Shown: piece after piece, positions 37,301 through 48,435 of the stretch
Layout of the letters: each line of letters begins with the position of its first letter
How positions within the stretch are numbered: the stretch's first letter is position 1
Assembly: GCA_046563655.1 (NCBI GenBank)
Contig: CM102286.1
Coordinates: 2,914,001 to 2,978,000 of the forward strand
Reading direction: 5' to 3'
From: Yuukianura sp. NJ FZ-2021
Taxonomy: Eukaryota
Length of the DNA stretch: 64,000 nt
The notes under the pieces: model-generated
What the model was told of the DNA's origin: nothing
Database searches by the model: none
Seen by the model: the letters and a program-made list of their open reading frames with translations, nothing else
Made by a program: the position numbers and the translations under genes

Positions 37301-40159
37301 AGAGAAAGTGGCAGGACTTGACACCTTTAGTGACATGGGCATGTTAGGACGCTTGCAAAAAAGACGGGAGCGGCTTATGCCTTCGTTCATCTTCTGAATC
37401 TTTGATGAGTCTACCAAAAGGTGACAGGAGAAGGAGAAATTGAAAAATCAAAATTCTTATCTTAAAGAATTTCCACAAAGTGGAAAGCGTCTAGTTGAAT
37501 TTTTCAGGAGTTTTCTTGTGGTAAAGAAAAAAGTGGAATTTTTGAATTTATTGCATTTTTTATCCTTCGTGAATATTTGTGATGTTGAATTTGAATAGTA
37601 TCGGATTTTGTGGGCTCCATTCAAATTTTTGCAAACTTTTTTTTTTATTAAAGTTAGAAATTTCAGAAATTTTTTATTTTTTACTTTTAACTAATATGTA
37701 GACTTTGTAGTGAGACATAAGTGATGAGATTAAGTTTTCTATTCCCATAGCTGTTCCCTTCTAAAAGTGAAAGTTTTCCTAGCCGTATCTCAATTTGTTT
37801 CTAACCGAAAGTTGTATACACACCGCTGTACTTTTCGCTTCCAAGAAAAAATATGGCGGGAAAGGATAGATTTCCTTCTTGGAAGATGAGTTTTTTATCT
37901 TTCGCAGTCTCTTTTGGTCCTCTGATCTTCTTTTTTGTTCCCAATTCTTCTTTAGACGCTGACTTTTCTTTGTCTTTTTCATTCGTTTTGCAGGAGCTGT
38001 TTCACTTTTTGCCAAAGTTGAAAGTTCTAGGGCTGGCTGGTTGTGGAATCAAAGTGATGCCGTTTCTGCCGCTTCCACACTTGGTTTCATTAGATCTTTC
38101 GGCTAATGGACTCCAGGAAATCAAGATGCAGAGTCTCAGTTCACTCGCACGTCTCAGGAGACTCGACTTGTCAGCAAACGAACTTGTAGGACCACGCCTA
38201 CCCAGTTGGACACCACTTCACAGTCTACTTGAACTCAAACTCAGCCAAAATCCACTCAAAAGGTGAAATTCCGAAAATAACTAAGCTCAATTCAAAATTT
38301 TTAATATTTTTGTATGTTTTTAGTTTTACGCGAGATACGCTTTATGGCCTTGGACGTCTGGAAAAACTGGAAATAGTTGACATGGGGCGAATTGATCGAT
38401 TCGATTCTGATGTATTTTCACACCTTCACAATCTCCGTAGTCTATCTGTGGAAACTTACCCTAACATTGAAAAATATCGATTTCGACTAGGTAAGAAATG
38501 GAGAAAGTCACGTAAGGTAATTTTGGTTTTCAAAAACAAAAAGCCGCCAAAGGGCCCAATTTGGAATAAGAAATGGAACGCCGGTCTCAAAAAGTAAAAA
38601 GGAAAGAGTAAAAAATAGAATTTTAGTTTAAAATCATGGAAAATACGCGTTTTTTAGAAGACGGATTGCTTGTGGAATGTGAATGATGTTGTTTTCTGTT
38701 TGAACAGGAGCTGTGCTCTCAAGTATTCCACACCTAGAGGAACTGTTCGTCAAGATCAAAGAGACTACGTTGTCAGACCAGTTGCTGGGCGGAATTTTAC
38801 CGAAATTGCGTAAGTTGGTGATTCGAGGCGGAGAGCTGCGGAAGATTGAGGCGGGGGCCCTTGAGGGACTTCAAAACTGTTTCCACATGGATTTGGTCAT
38901 CACTCAAACAAGCCTTGAGGAGATTCCTTCCAGAATTTTTGATTTGATTCAAAGTCAAGCTTGGGCGAGACTGGACTTGAGTTACAACAAAATGTCGTCT
39001 CTTGACTCTGCAGCGCTCTACCCCAACAAAACAGTTTGGTTTAGCAAAGGGACCAAAATACTCGAAGGTAAAAGAAAATTCAAAAATCTGTTTGCAAAAA
39101 CCAGGCGCTGAATTTTCGTCTGGAAAGCAGCGTAACGTTTTTAGCTTGGCAAAACTAAGTTTTGTAAACAAAACCAACCAAAAAGAAAATTATAATCAAA
39201 AGGCTGCAATCCCTTTTACAAATGAAATTTGACTTCAAATCAAAGGCTCCATGCACTCACAATGGAAGGATGTATAAAAACAGACTTTCTCTTTCATTAG
39301 CGTAATGGATCTTTTCACTTTCACTTTCATTCCATTAACCAAATCCAAATTTTTGAACCTTTGAACATAAATATAAAGCTTCAAATTAAAAAAACAAAAA
39401 TTTTTTAACGAAATTTCGCATCTCTAACAAAATCTTATGCAACACAGGATAAGCCTTTTGTTTGCTTGCAGCAAATCATAGCTTTATGCAATTTTTGCAC
39501 ATTGAGCTAATTCAGTCGTATTTTGCACTGTGATTTCGAGGTCAGTGGCCTCTGTTTGTCTTGTTTACATTGATTGAATTTTTGAGGTCAATGACCTCTG
39601 CTCGCACTTTCACATTATGGTTGGACTTTTGAGGTCATTGACCTCTGCTCGCACTTTTTGAGGTCATTGGCCTCTGTGAGGTCATTGACCCCCTACTCCC
39701 ACTTCTTTTGAGGTCATTGACCTCAACTCGCACTTTTACTGAGGTCATTGACCTCAACTCGCACTTTTACATTATGATTGAACTTTTGAGGTCATTGACC
39801 CCTGTTTTCTTTGTGTGGTAACAGGTGGACTAATCCTAGAGGGAAATGAATTTATATGTGACTGTGATCTTGTATGGATTGGAGAGTGGCTTAGGCGGTG
39901 GCTCCGAGAAAGTTTTGAGTCACAATCAGCAGAAAGCGTCGTCCGAGTCCACGCAATGTACGAAACCGTGCGACGTCCAACCTGTACCGACTCCAAAGGC
40001 CGACATGTTCCACTCATTGAACTTTACTCAGATGTCATGTGTCATGCAAGTGCTCTGAGTGGTGGTGGATCCACGACTAAGGCTATCCTCACACGCATAG
40101 GATCCACCAGAACCGCCACAATTCTTCTTCTAACTTTCACTGCTCTGGCCGTCGGCTGA
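4361..40159 (+). CDS. Chaoptin-like extracellular leucine-rich-repeat protein, about 1513 aa, probably GPI-anchored
   Basis: Coding exons with GT-AG ends and matching phases: 4361-4877, 20795-20942, 22510-22620, 27136-27328, 28204-28377, 28731-29052, 30125-30812, 32438-33221, 34232-34303, 35818-36015, 36209-36412, 37994-38262, 38324-38490, 38708-39067, 39825-40159 (4542 nt, a multiple of 3). N-terminal hydrophobic segment, Cys cap (CYFNPLCFC...IECSDVP), many LxxLxLxxNxL repeats, LRRCT ([12 protein letters not shown]...C...C) and a hydrophobic C-terminal tail. The start codon choice is tentative. Confidence 0.88.
5045..7381 (-). CDS. GMC oxidoreductase (glucose dehydrogenase-like), copy 1, 8 exons, nested in LRR gene intron
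   Basis: [16 protein letters not shown] start; [16 protein letters not shown]-binding motif; [69 protein letters not shown]. Confidence 0.93.
7762..7994 (-). pseudogene. 3' remnant of a sixth GMC gene (end of exon 7, last intron, broken exon 8)
   Basis: Minus strand keeps VVDSKLR|gt and ag|[12 protein letters not shown] followed by [11 protein letters not shown], but it is interrupted by an inverted duplication and indels, and no upstream exons are present. Confidence 0.8.
8258..10604 (-). CDS. GMC oxidoreductase copy 2, 8 exons
   Basis: Same exon structure and motifs as copy 1 ([53 protein letters not shown]). Confidence 0.93.
11026..13346 (-). CDS. GMC oxidoreductase copy 3, 8 exons
   Basis: [16 protein letters not shown] start; [31 protein letters not shown]; last exon [46 protein letters not shown]. 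Confidence 0.92.
13601..15918 (-). CDS. GMC oxidoreductase copy 4, 8 exons
   Basis: All GMC motifs present ([52 protein letters not shown]); near-identical to copy 5. Confidence 0.92.
16117..16525 (+). mobile_element. Decayed non-LTR retrotransposon (CR1/L2/Jockey-like) reverse-transcriptase fragment
   Basis: Frameshifted peptides in the expected RT order: [27 protein letters not shown] (QFG at 16197), [14 protein letters not shown] (16309), [32 protein letters not shown] (16454). Compare LINE motifs QxGFRxxxST, AFDxVxHxxLLxKL and GVPQGSVLGPLLFxxYINDL. Confidence 0.8.
16530..16660. mobile_element. Helitron-like non-autonomous fragment with (GACA)n microsatellite
   Basis: gaaatcggaccagtagtttctgaga followed by a gacagacagac run resembles arthropod Lep1/HINE-type non-autonomous elements; termini not resolved. 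Confidence 0.4.
16914..19257 (-). CDS. GMC oxidoreductase copy 5, 8 exons
   Basis: All exons present; NLQNQ replaces NLQNH and [10 protein letters not shown] replaces [11 protein letters not shown]-terminus [11 protein letters not shown]. Confidence 0.9.
28406..28683. mobile_element. hAT-type MITE (~278 bp) in an LRR gene intron
   Basis: Imperfect terminal inverted repeats (tggggctgtcagtgttccgttc versus the reverse complement of the right end, ttgggctgcattgttcagttc). The 8-bp flanks gtattggg (28398-28405) and gtatttgg (28684-28691) look like a target-site duplication. Internal GTTCC/GGAAC repeats. Confidence 0.7.
39538..39802. repeat. Minisatellite of 8 palindromic GAGGTCAnTGACCTC units (IR-1 nuclear-receptor/EcRE consensus)
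   Basis: Units start at 39538, 39584, 39631, 39660, 39678, 39710, 39741 and 39788; spacers are variants of (tg/aa)ctcgcactttt(acattatgattgaactttt). Confidence 0.9.
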
Positions 40160-43100
40160 GGCGCTCTCAAAATCCTCCAAAACTTGAAAGTTCAAGAGTT
40201 TTCTCCGAAAAATCTCAAATTGAATTTCAGCAGCCTTACTACATCTCTCTCTTCTTATTACTTATGTAAGACCCCTTGTCTTTGACACACCAGAAGATAA
40301 AAACCTAACATAACATAAAGTTAGGTTTCGAGAGAAGGATTTGGCTCGGCCGAAAAGATGATGGAGGAAGATGATGATATTTTGAGCGGATGAAAAGATG
40401 ATAAAGGGCGGCGGGAAGGTTTTTCCATTGATTTCTGATTTGAGGCTTCAATCTCCCTGGAGGCATCTCCGCAGAATCTTCCAGTCACGGATCCCGCGTA
40501 GTGGAGGGGAATGGACACGATCGCTATGACATGGGGAACTTGGGGTGAGCCCGTCAGAACAACAAACTACCCGGGTAACATCTACAGAACTCGGCCGACA
40601 TGAAGAAGATCACATCAAAACTTCATTACATATCAATTTATGGCTTCCATTATCGTCTCCAATTTTTCATGACTGGGAAAGAAAAAACAAGTGAAAGACA
40701 CTCCGAAGTGTCAACGAAATCATCATCTTCACACATACACATTTCTGATCCGAAAACGAAAGAAAAAAACGATTTTTTTTCTTTTCACATTTTATATCAT
40801 TCCATAAAAATCTAACATCATCATATCAAGCAACGGCAAATCATCTTCATCCAAAAACGAAAAAAATATCATTCCGGTAAAAATCATTTGTGAAAAAAAA
40901 TCAATCCCGAAAAAATCATGTCTGGAAAGAATCTTTTCCAGAGAAAATCTTTTTATGAAAAAATTCATTTAAAAAAACCTGGGAAAATTGGAACTGAAAA
41001 ACTCGATTAAAAAGTAAGCTAACCGGAGACAATTCTTCTTTGTCCTGTCTACAAACTACAACAGACGCAAAACTTAGAAATTTCGTCGAACCAAAAAAAT
41101 TGAAAGAAGATCGATGGACTCAATTCATTTTGAAGTTGGCGGTTGAGAGTGTGTGGGCTGAAAAAAAGATTTACGGGAAGTGAGCCCATGTTCTCATTCT
41201 ACTTCTGCTTGAGATCAAATCTAATGATAACACTTCCAGGTTCTACTTTGTGGAAGAACAAATTGACCCAGGATTGACCTTTGCCCAGCTCTGAAGAATG
41301 AATTTCAGCACCATGTGCCAAAATTCTCAGGCCTGTCAATACTTGAGGCTGCTCTCTTTCCGGTCCACAGAACAATGTTGATCCTCTTCTCTGCTCGTGA
41401 AAGTGGAATTTCGGATGTCATTTCTCATTTGACCTCTTCAGGATGTCAAGCATAATAGAAGAAAAAACTTTCCGCGGGAAAAGTTTGAACTTTCTTGTGT
41501 CTCATCACGTCACCCTTCTAATTCTTTTGGAATTGAATTGGACGATGAAGAAAATGAACAAGTGCCTTATGCTTAGGAAGTGAATGGTAGGATAGTTAAG
41601 ACATTAAAAAAATGTAAGGCTAAGCATTAGCTTGATTGGATTTTTATTAGATTAGGACCCCCTTGAAGTCCCATGGGATCTGTGCAAGAAGTAGGAGGTC
41701 ACAGCAGGATAATCAGAGCACCCTCGGAGTGTATGGTGTCATGTCAGGGCACATTTTGAGACATGATGTGAGATACGGGCATCACTGACACAGAAACTAG
41801 GCTAACTAAAAAATTCCCAGCTCCACCCATTCTTACTCTTATCTTAAATTCAAAACATTCGTCTTTTTTAAAAAAAGAAAGTTCAGGTTGAATTTCCATT
41901 TTGAAATAGATTCAAGGTTTTTAGATTTTCCTTTTTTTATATTATACATGAATTTCCATGTGACTAACATAACTAAAAAGCGGAGTGATCGATGCTAATA
42001 AAATCAAAATGTCCAACAGGGTGGAAACTTTATGGAAATTGGTTTGGGCTGGAGCCGGAGGCCGAAGTTGAAAATTTTTTAGACCAAACGCTGCTATGGT
42101 CGCTTTGTGCAAAAAGTTTTTAGACTCAAAGCTACATGGATTTGCAAATTTTTGAACAACGGTTTACGAAAACTTTGAACTTGTTTGTTTTTGGCTAGCT
42201 TATTCAAAATTTCAGTTCAAAAGTTGTTTGAAACAAAACTAAAATTATAGAATCTCTCCAAGCTCCGCGAAGATAAAAAAAATAACATTGTTTAGAAAGC
42301 ATTAGGTTTCCTGCTTTTTCAAATCCTACGTTTTTTTAAAAAAACAACTTTAAAATTAAACAACTTTAAAAAAAAAAAAAAACTTTAAAATTAAAACAAT
42401 ACGACACGATTGTTCTGTCATATCACTGATTTTTTGAGGTTTCCGAAAATTGGAATTGGTGAAAGTAGGGTAAAAAATTTTTTTTTTCGAAGAAGTTGAC
42501 TTGGTTCCAAAACTTTTTCCACATTTTCTTCTTCTTACGTTTTTCATTCTTTTGACTTTTTCAGTTTCATTTGAAATAGGACGGAAGTCTTGGAGGCATG
42601 ATCTCTTCCGCTCTACTACCTTCTTCATTCCTCTTTTCTTCCGTTCTGAACCCACACATTCCCTCCCACATATTTCCTTGAAATTGCTTTCTCCTCGACC
42701 ACTTTCACTCGTCTCAAAAGTTCACAAAAGTTTAATTTCTTGTTAAATCTTAACCAACAATACTAAATTTTACACAAAAAAAATTTGATTTCAATCATTT
42801 CTTTAGCCTTGTAAATTTCTAGCTTCATAAACTTTTCAAAGCTTTAACACATTTGTGTAACTTTTCACAATACTGCAGTTCCTAAACGCAATTTTTTGTT
42901 ACGTTCTTTCGAAAACGACAACTTCTTTTCTATTTTGTGGTACAATTAAGGTGCACCTTTTTAGTCAAGTGAAGCAGCTACAAAAAGTACAAAAGACTTC
43001 CTTTTTCTTTTGCTATTTCTTTGGGAATTGGAGAAAGCAAGGAGGAGGGAAGCGTAATGAGGAGCATTTCTGCGGAGGCTTTAAATCCTCCCGCGCTTTT

Positions 43101-44919
43101 CCCTCCTGTCCCGTGTCTTCTTCAAGTTAGAATTGGAACATCGAACCCACTGGTTCTGCGTAATTTATGATCCTCACCAAGACTTCCCTTTCATCAGACA
43201 ATGGAGAAACAATTCAACGATGAATTTATTGCAGGCCTTTCACTCTCCGCTTTCACTCTAATTTGCTTCCTTTCTTTTCTTTTCCAAAAACCAACAATCG
43301 TTCTGGGTCACTCGGCAGCATCAATGACCTTTCGCGGTGACCTGCTCTGCCTGCCATATTTTTCATGTATATTTTCAATATTCCTGCTAAAAATTACGTA
43401 CAAGATTTGCTATTTCAATACTCTGAGCTTCAAAACTCAAAGTACTTAAAACATTAGTCAAACCCAACTTTTTTAAACAAGTTTCGAAGTTTTACTTTTT
43501 CTTCAACTTTAATTTAAATCAAGGCTTGCGAGTTCTTGGCTTCTGATTTTGTCTAACTTTTTTTTGTGAAAAGTTAGAAAGAATGAGGTTGCTATCTGAT
43601 TTGATTTAAAAAAAGTTTTGGAATAAAGGTAAAATTTGAAATGTAATTTGAGTTGGAATAGTCAGTTCAAAAGTGAAAGTCTTAATTAACACCTTTGTTT
43701 GCACATGTCAGTGAGGAGGTAAGGAAGTCCATTCAGTAGGAGGATCTACAAAGAACTAAAAAATTTAAAGAATTCGGGTAGTTTTTGGAGTGTGAGAAGA
43801 ATGGGGAGAGGGGGGACTTTGTCTTTTTGGTTTCTTTAATGAGATGAGGGGGGAAGAAAAAGGGATTTGATAGTGAGACCACTTTAAAACTTTTGACATT
43901 TTTCATTCCATTTTCTCCCTCCCTGGTTTCCTTCATTTTCAACACTTTTGACTCATCCTCTACTAAAACCGAAATTCGGAGAAAAGAGAAGAGGACTTTC
44001 TCCACTTTTGCCTCATTTTGAACCAAGCGTCCCTCCTCACCTCAACTTCCACAAAAAGTTTAATGGGAAACTTAAATTACAAATTCCTTCATCAGGACAA
44101 CTTAACTCTCTCTCCATAATTCCACTTCAGTTCAGAATCCAGAAGTCATCCAAATGCTTAAACATTTTCACAAAAAAAAAAAAAGACTTCTTTTCGCGCG
44201 AAATCTTTGAGAATACTCTCTGCAATTTTCTTGTTAACTAAGTAACAAAATTTCTAAACACTCAAACGTTAATTTCTCTTTTGTTTTTCTATTGCGGCTA
44301 CTCTTTACCACATCTGTATTCATATTGCAAAACCCGAAAAACAAACATACCGAGCAACATGGAAAACCAAGTTGATTTGTTCGCACACATTTTAAAAAAT
44401 TCTCCTATGTACATGTATAAATTTGAATCCCAATATTCAACACGGTTCACCTTAAACAAAAAGGTTTGCTGGAAACTAGATTACACATAGGTGTTCGAGC
44501 TGTTGGGGACCTCTGCAATTGTAAGTTGGTAAGGTTTGAACGCATTGTATTGGGCGGTATTGTCTTCGAGACGTGGTTAAATCCTATGTGCAGACAACCA
44601 AAAGATGGCAAAAGCGAAGCTTTTTTCACTCCAGCACAACCTTGTTACATCCATTTTTATTATCACAGCATTCCTACTCCAATTTCTTGGTACAAATTGG
44701 AGTAAACAATGTTTGACCCCAAAAAGCAATGGACAATTCGAATTCAATGGAAAACTATTGACAATTCCAAACACAATGAGGGTTAATTACCCCAATTAAG
44801 AATAATTAACTAACCGCATGCCATTGCTTAGCGTTTTACAAGAAGAGGTTCCGAAATAGTGTGTCGTTTGTAACAACTTGAACTTAAGCAGCAAGTTTTC
44901 AGTTTACGCCAGTGCAGAA

Positions 44920-45423
44920 ATGAGCAATTTTGTTGCAATTTGCTTCTGCCTTTGGTTACATATTCTGTGTACTCAAGTTATTGTCGACGGTTAGAAAACT
45001 TTGCAACATATTATTAGAAACAAGTTATTCTAATTTATTAATTTTTATAGTTTACATTTAAATTTGAATATGTTAGGTCGAAAATGTTTGGAGTGTCTGG
45101 AGAACATTGAAGGCATTCCAGTTGAGCATACATGTGACTACGTGAGGGAGCATGGACCAAATCCAGAGACGGACCGATTTTGCGAAGGTTTGAAAGATGC
45201 CGCCCTCTGTGCCAAAATAAATGGAACAATCAAAGGGAAACCAATCACAAACTACTTCTGTGGACCTGACATACTTGGCGTTGTTTTTGAAACTAAGGAT
45301 GGATGTGTTGCACCAAAGTCAGTCAAAGGAAGTTTTAGTTTTGAGTTAAAAAACCAAAAAGTAAAAGTTAAAAACGCATTGGTCTGTCTCTGCAATTCAG
45401 ACTACTGCAATAAACTGCTCTAA
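44920..45423 (+). CDS. Secreted Ly6/three-finger (quiver/sleepless-like) cysteine-rich protein
   Basis: Signal-peptide exon 44920-44989 (MSNFVAICFCLWLHILCTQVIVD, phase 1) and exon 45077-45423 with 10 Cys: KCLEC...VCLCNSDYCN. Confidence 0.8.
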
Positions 45424-45700
45424 AGAAATTTATCAGAAAGATTGGCATAAAAATCCCAAATTTAGTTGGTTGTTGAAGTCTGTGTTTATTTGTTACTTTT
45501 ATTACAATTCAACACGTATTTTCACTTTTTTCAAATCTTTTTCTAAACTAAGGCATTTTATATGTACACAATGGATTTATATGATAAATTTAAATTGAAT
45601 GAAAGGAAGCAAATATCTAAATAATGGTTTACAAAATTTTTAGTTATTTCTTGTAAGATGTCCAGACTTTGCACATAAGTCACACTGTTGGTTTGCATTT

Positions 45701-48057
45701 TCAGTTCAAAAACTGTCCACCTTGAGCCACTAAGAATTTAGCCTTTAGTTGTCATTTTGAATTTCAGATTTAAAACATAAGTTGCTCCTTGAGTTGATTG
45801 TTAACTTACCACGTTCGCAACTATAAGAATTCATCAAAAATGAGTTAAAATTTATATAATTTGGAACAAAAAACGATTATCATTGAAAATTCTGACATTT
45901 ACTTACTCCATTTTGGTCCTCCAAGTACTACTGGGCAAGCACCTTGCCGCATTCTGTGATCCACGTCTTCATCTGGGGTCAAGTTGTACCAAAATAGCCC
46001 ACTTCCAGCTACCGGCTTCACAGCAACCCCCAAAGATGGAAATACTGTCTGACCCCCCACTTGTACATCTGTAAGCTGAAACACAAAATCAAACATTTTT
46101 TTCATTGAATTTAATTTTTTTTTCAAAAATTCTGTATTTTGATTTTGATTTAGGAATAATTTTTTATATTATACGAACGTATGCCATGAACGTCGCCTCA
46201 CGGTTGTCAGGCTGAGGAACCATTTGCTCTGTAAAGCTGTTTTGAACCTATTTTAAATGTAAATCAAAAAATATAAAAAAAAGTTTTAAATTAAAAAAAA
46301 AAGAAGTGTTTTTACAGAGTCGTGATGAACAGAATAATGGCCACCGTAGGTGTAAGAAACCAGTTGTAACATAGTTGCCGCTTTTTCATCAACTTGAAGC
46401 CCCGTAAACCGACTAATTTTTTGACTTAAGAGTCGACAGGCGGGACAATTAATGTCGAACGGCAACAATGCACTGAAACCGGTCATTAGCGAAGTTTCTT
46501 TAATTTTTCCAGTATCCAAGTCAACAACTTTTCCGTTTTCGAGTCGTGGTTCGGCTAAGCCGATCATCTCCTTAGCATCTTTTTTGTTAATGATATGGTA
46601 AACTTGGAGCAAGAGCGGTTCCTTTGAATGCAATTCTATCTTAAATGGATTAATTCTCCATTCTGGTTGGAAATTGAACTCGTACCAGCAATGAAGTTTT
46701 GCTTTTTCAGCCTCGCTCTGAAAAATTTGTCAAAAATTTCAGACGAAAATTTTATCCACCTTCAATTTTTATGTTTCCTAACCTGTAAATTTTTGCCGGT
46801 ACAAATTGAAAACTTCCTTAATAGCTCCGGTGTGGCTGCATCGTCCTTGGCAAAAAAAGTACGCTGTCTTTGCAAATTCTTTAACACATGATCAGGATTA
46901 GGGACTTCACTGCCACTTGGAATAACTTTTGTCGTGAAGAATTTAAACGGAAAGCTCTTCCGTTTCACGTCAGCGTCAAATTGTTGATCATGCTACATGG
47001 CCAAAAAAAGTTTGAAAAAGAGTTGCTATCTAATTTTTTTTTAATAAAATATGTATCAAACTTTTAAAACAACGCGTAGAAGCAATGAGTTTGTGGAATC
47101 TGAGTCAGTGAAGTCATCATTCGGTAAAGTTTTAGAAAAATTCGCAAATTCTACAGCCAGAGCATGGTAGCCTTTCTTGCTTGCAAGTTCGGAGATTTGG
47201 TGACAATGACGACGCGCCAATTGGCCTTTAGTCGAAACATTTTGAAATATTCCGGTAGCCACCTACAAACAGAAAAATATGAAAAAACAGCAACATTTTT
47301 GGAAAATTTATTTCTAGTTTTGTGTTTTACCTGAGAAACGTCGAGGTCATAGGTATGTACAACACGCAACAAACGTTCAGCTGCTTTTTCCAAAACGCTG
47401 AGCGAAGGTCTTTCGTTTTCTGTTACCACAATTCGTATTTGTTGAAGCAAATTTTGCAAACCGGGGTTTCTTGTTTCTGCTTGCAACATTGGTTCAATTG
47501 TCATCAAATCCCGAGTTAATCGATACAACATGCAAAAAACGGAAAGCGGCGTCTCTGCATAATTTAAAAGGTGTGTTCCGGCTGAATTTGTTTGGTATTC
47601 ATGCAGTATTCTGGAAATTGGGTAATAAAACTTATTATAACAACATGTATATTGTAGGCAAACAAGTTATAAACCCATCTTTGCCAAAAAAAAAAAAGTT
47701 TCATAAATACGTTTTCCAACAATTCTTTTTTAATTGTTACGCAAATAAAAGGCACTAAGACTTGAAAAAGCTGTTAAAACTACGAGTATGAACTAACGAT
47801 GAGATATTCGCATACCTGGAAATCCGCGCCTTTATTATTTCCGAATTGCTTCTGAAAAAATTCAATTCCTTGGTTTTTTTAAATACTTCAAACAGGTTTT
47901 TATCCATTTTTGCCAGCTTCTCGTTGTACGCAGTTGAAAGTGGTGGTGGTTGAGGTAATGATGTGGATTCATTATTCTGAGCACTCGTTTCCGAAATTTT
48001 GTTTGCAAAATGAATTAAGAAAAAAATAAGTACAAATGAAGGCAAATTTTTGCTCAT
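45701..48057 (-). CDS. Prolyl 4-hydroxylase alpha-subunit-like protein; 3' end uncertain, possibly catalytically impaired
   Basis: Signal peptide, P4Ha_N-like region (ETPLSVFCMLYRLTRD; AAERLLRVVHTYDL), catalytic-domain motifs LQLVSYTYGGHYSVHHD, NREATFMAYLTDVQVGGQTVFP, GSGLFWYNL, GACPVVLGGPKW. Confidence 0.85.
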
Positions 48058-48435
48058 GATACTACGTATAGTACCTCAAAGTGAACAGTGCGGCAATCAC
48101 GATTACTACTAGTACACTAACAATTGAATTAACAATGTAAAGTTTGTGTGACACGTAAGAGAAAGTAGTGGAGCAAATATTAGTTATAATAATATCTAAT
48201 AAAGTTTTCTTTTGACGAAACCAACATTTGTTAAATTTTTTTGAATGAGAAATAAAACTTTGAACTAACTTATCAGCAGCGAATTGTCTTGTGCTTCATA
48301 CTTTTCAGTGCACTTTTCCACCAATGCCAACATGCTTCAATCCCTACATATACAGACTATACAAAATATTGTGCTGAAATGCATGTATTTGCAGGCACTA
48401 ATTAATTGAAGCTAATTTGAATGTTGAATGTATCT

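Noticed and set aside
39538..39802. CRISPR-like array (palindromic repeats with spacers)
   Set aside because: Eukaryotic intron; spacers are related to each other and irregular in length; no cas genes
40160..40620. GC-richer stretch after the LRR stop (readthrough or extra exon)
   Set aside because: Frames close quickly and the GPI-like tail already ends the protein; treated as 3' UTR
44281..44799. Cluster of small ORFs upstream of the Ly6 gene
   Set aside because: No coherent splice model or recognisable family; could be a decayed gene or TE but is unsupported
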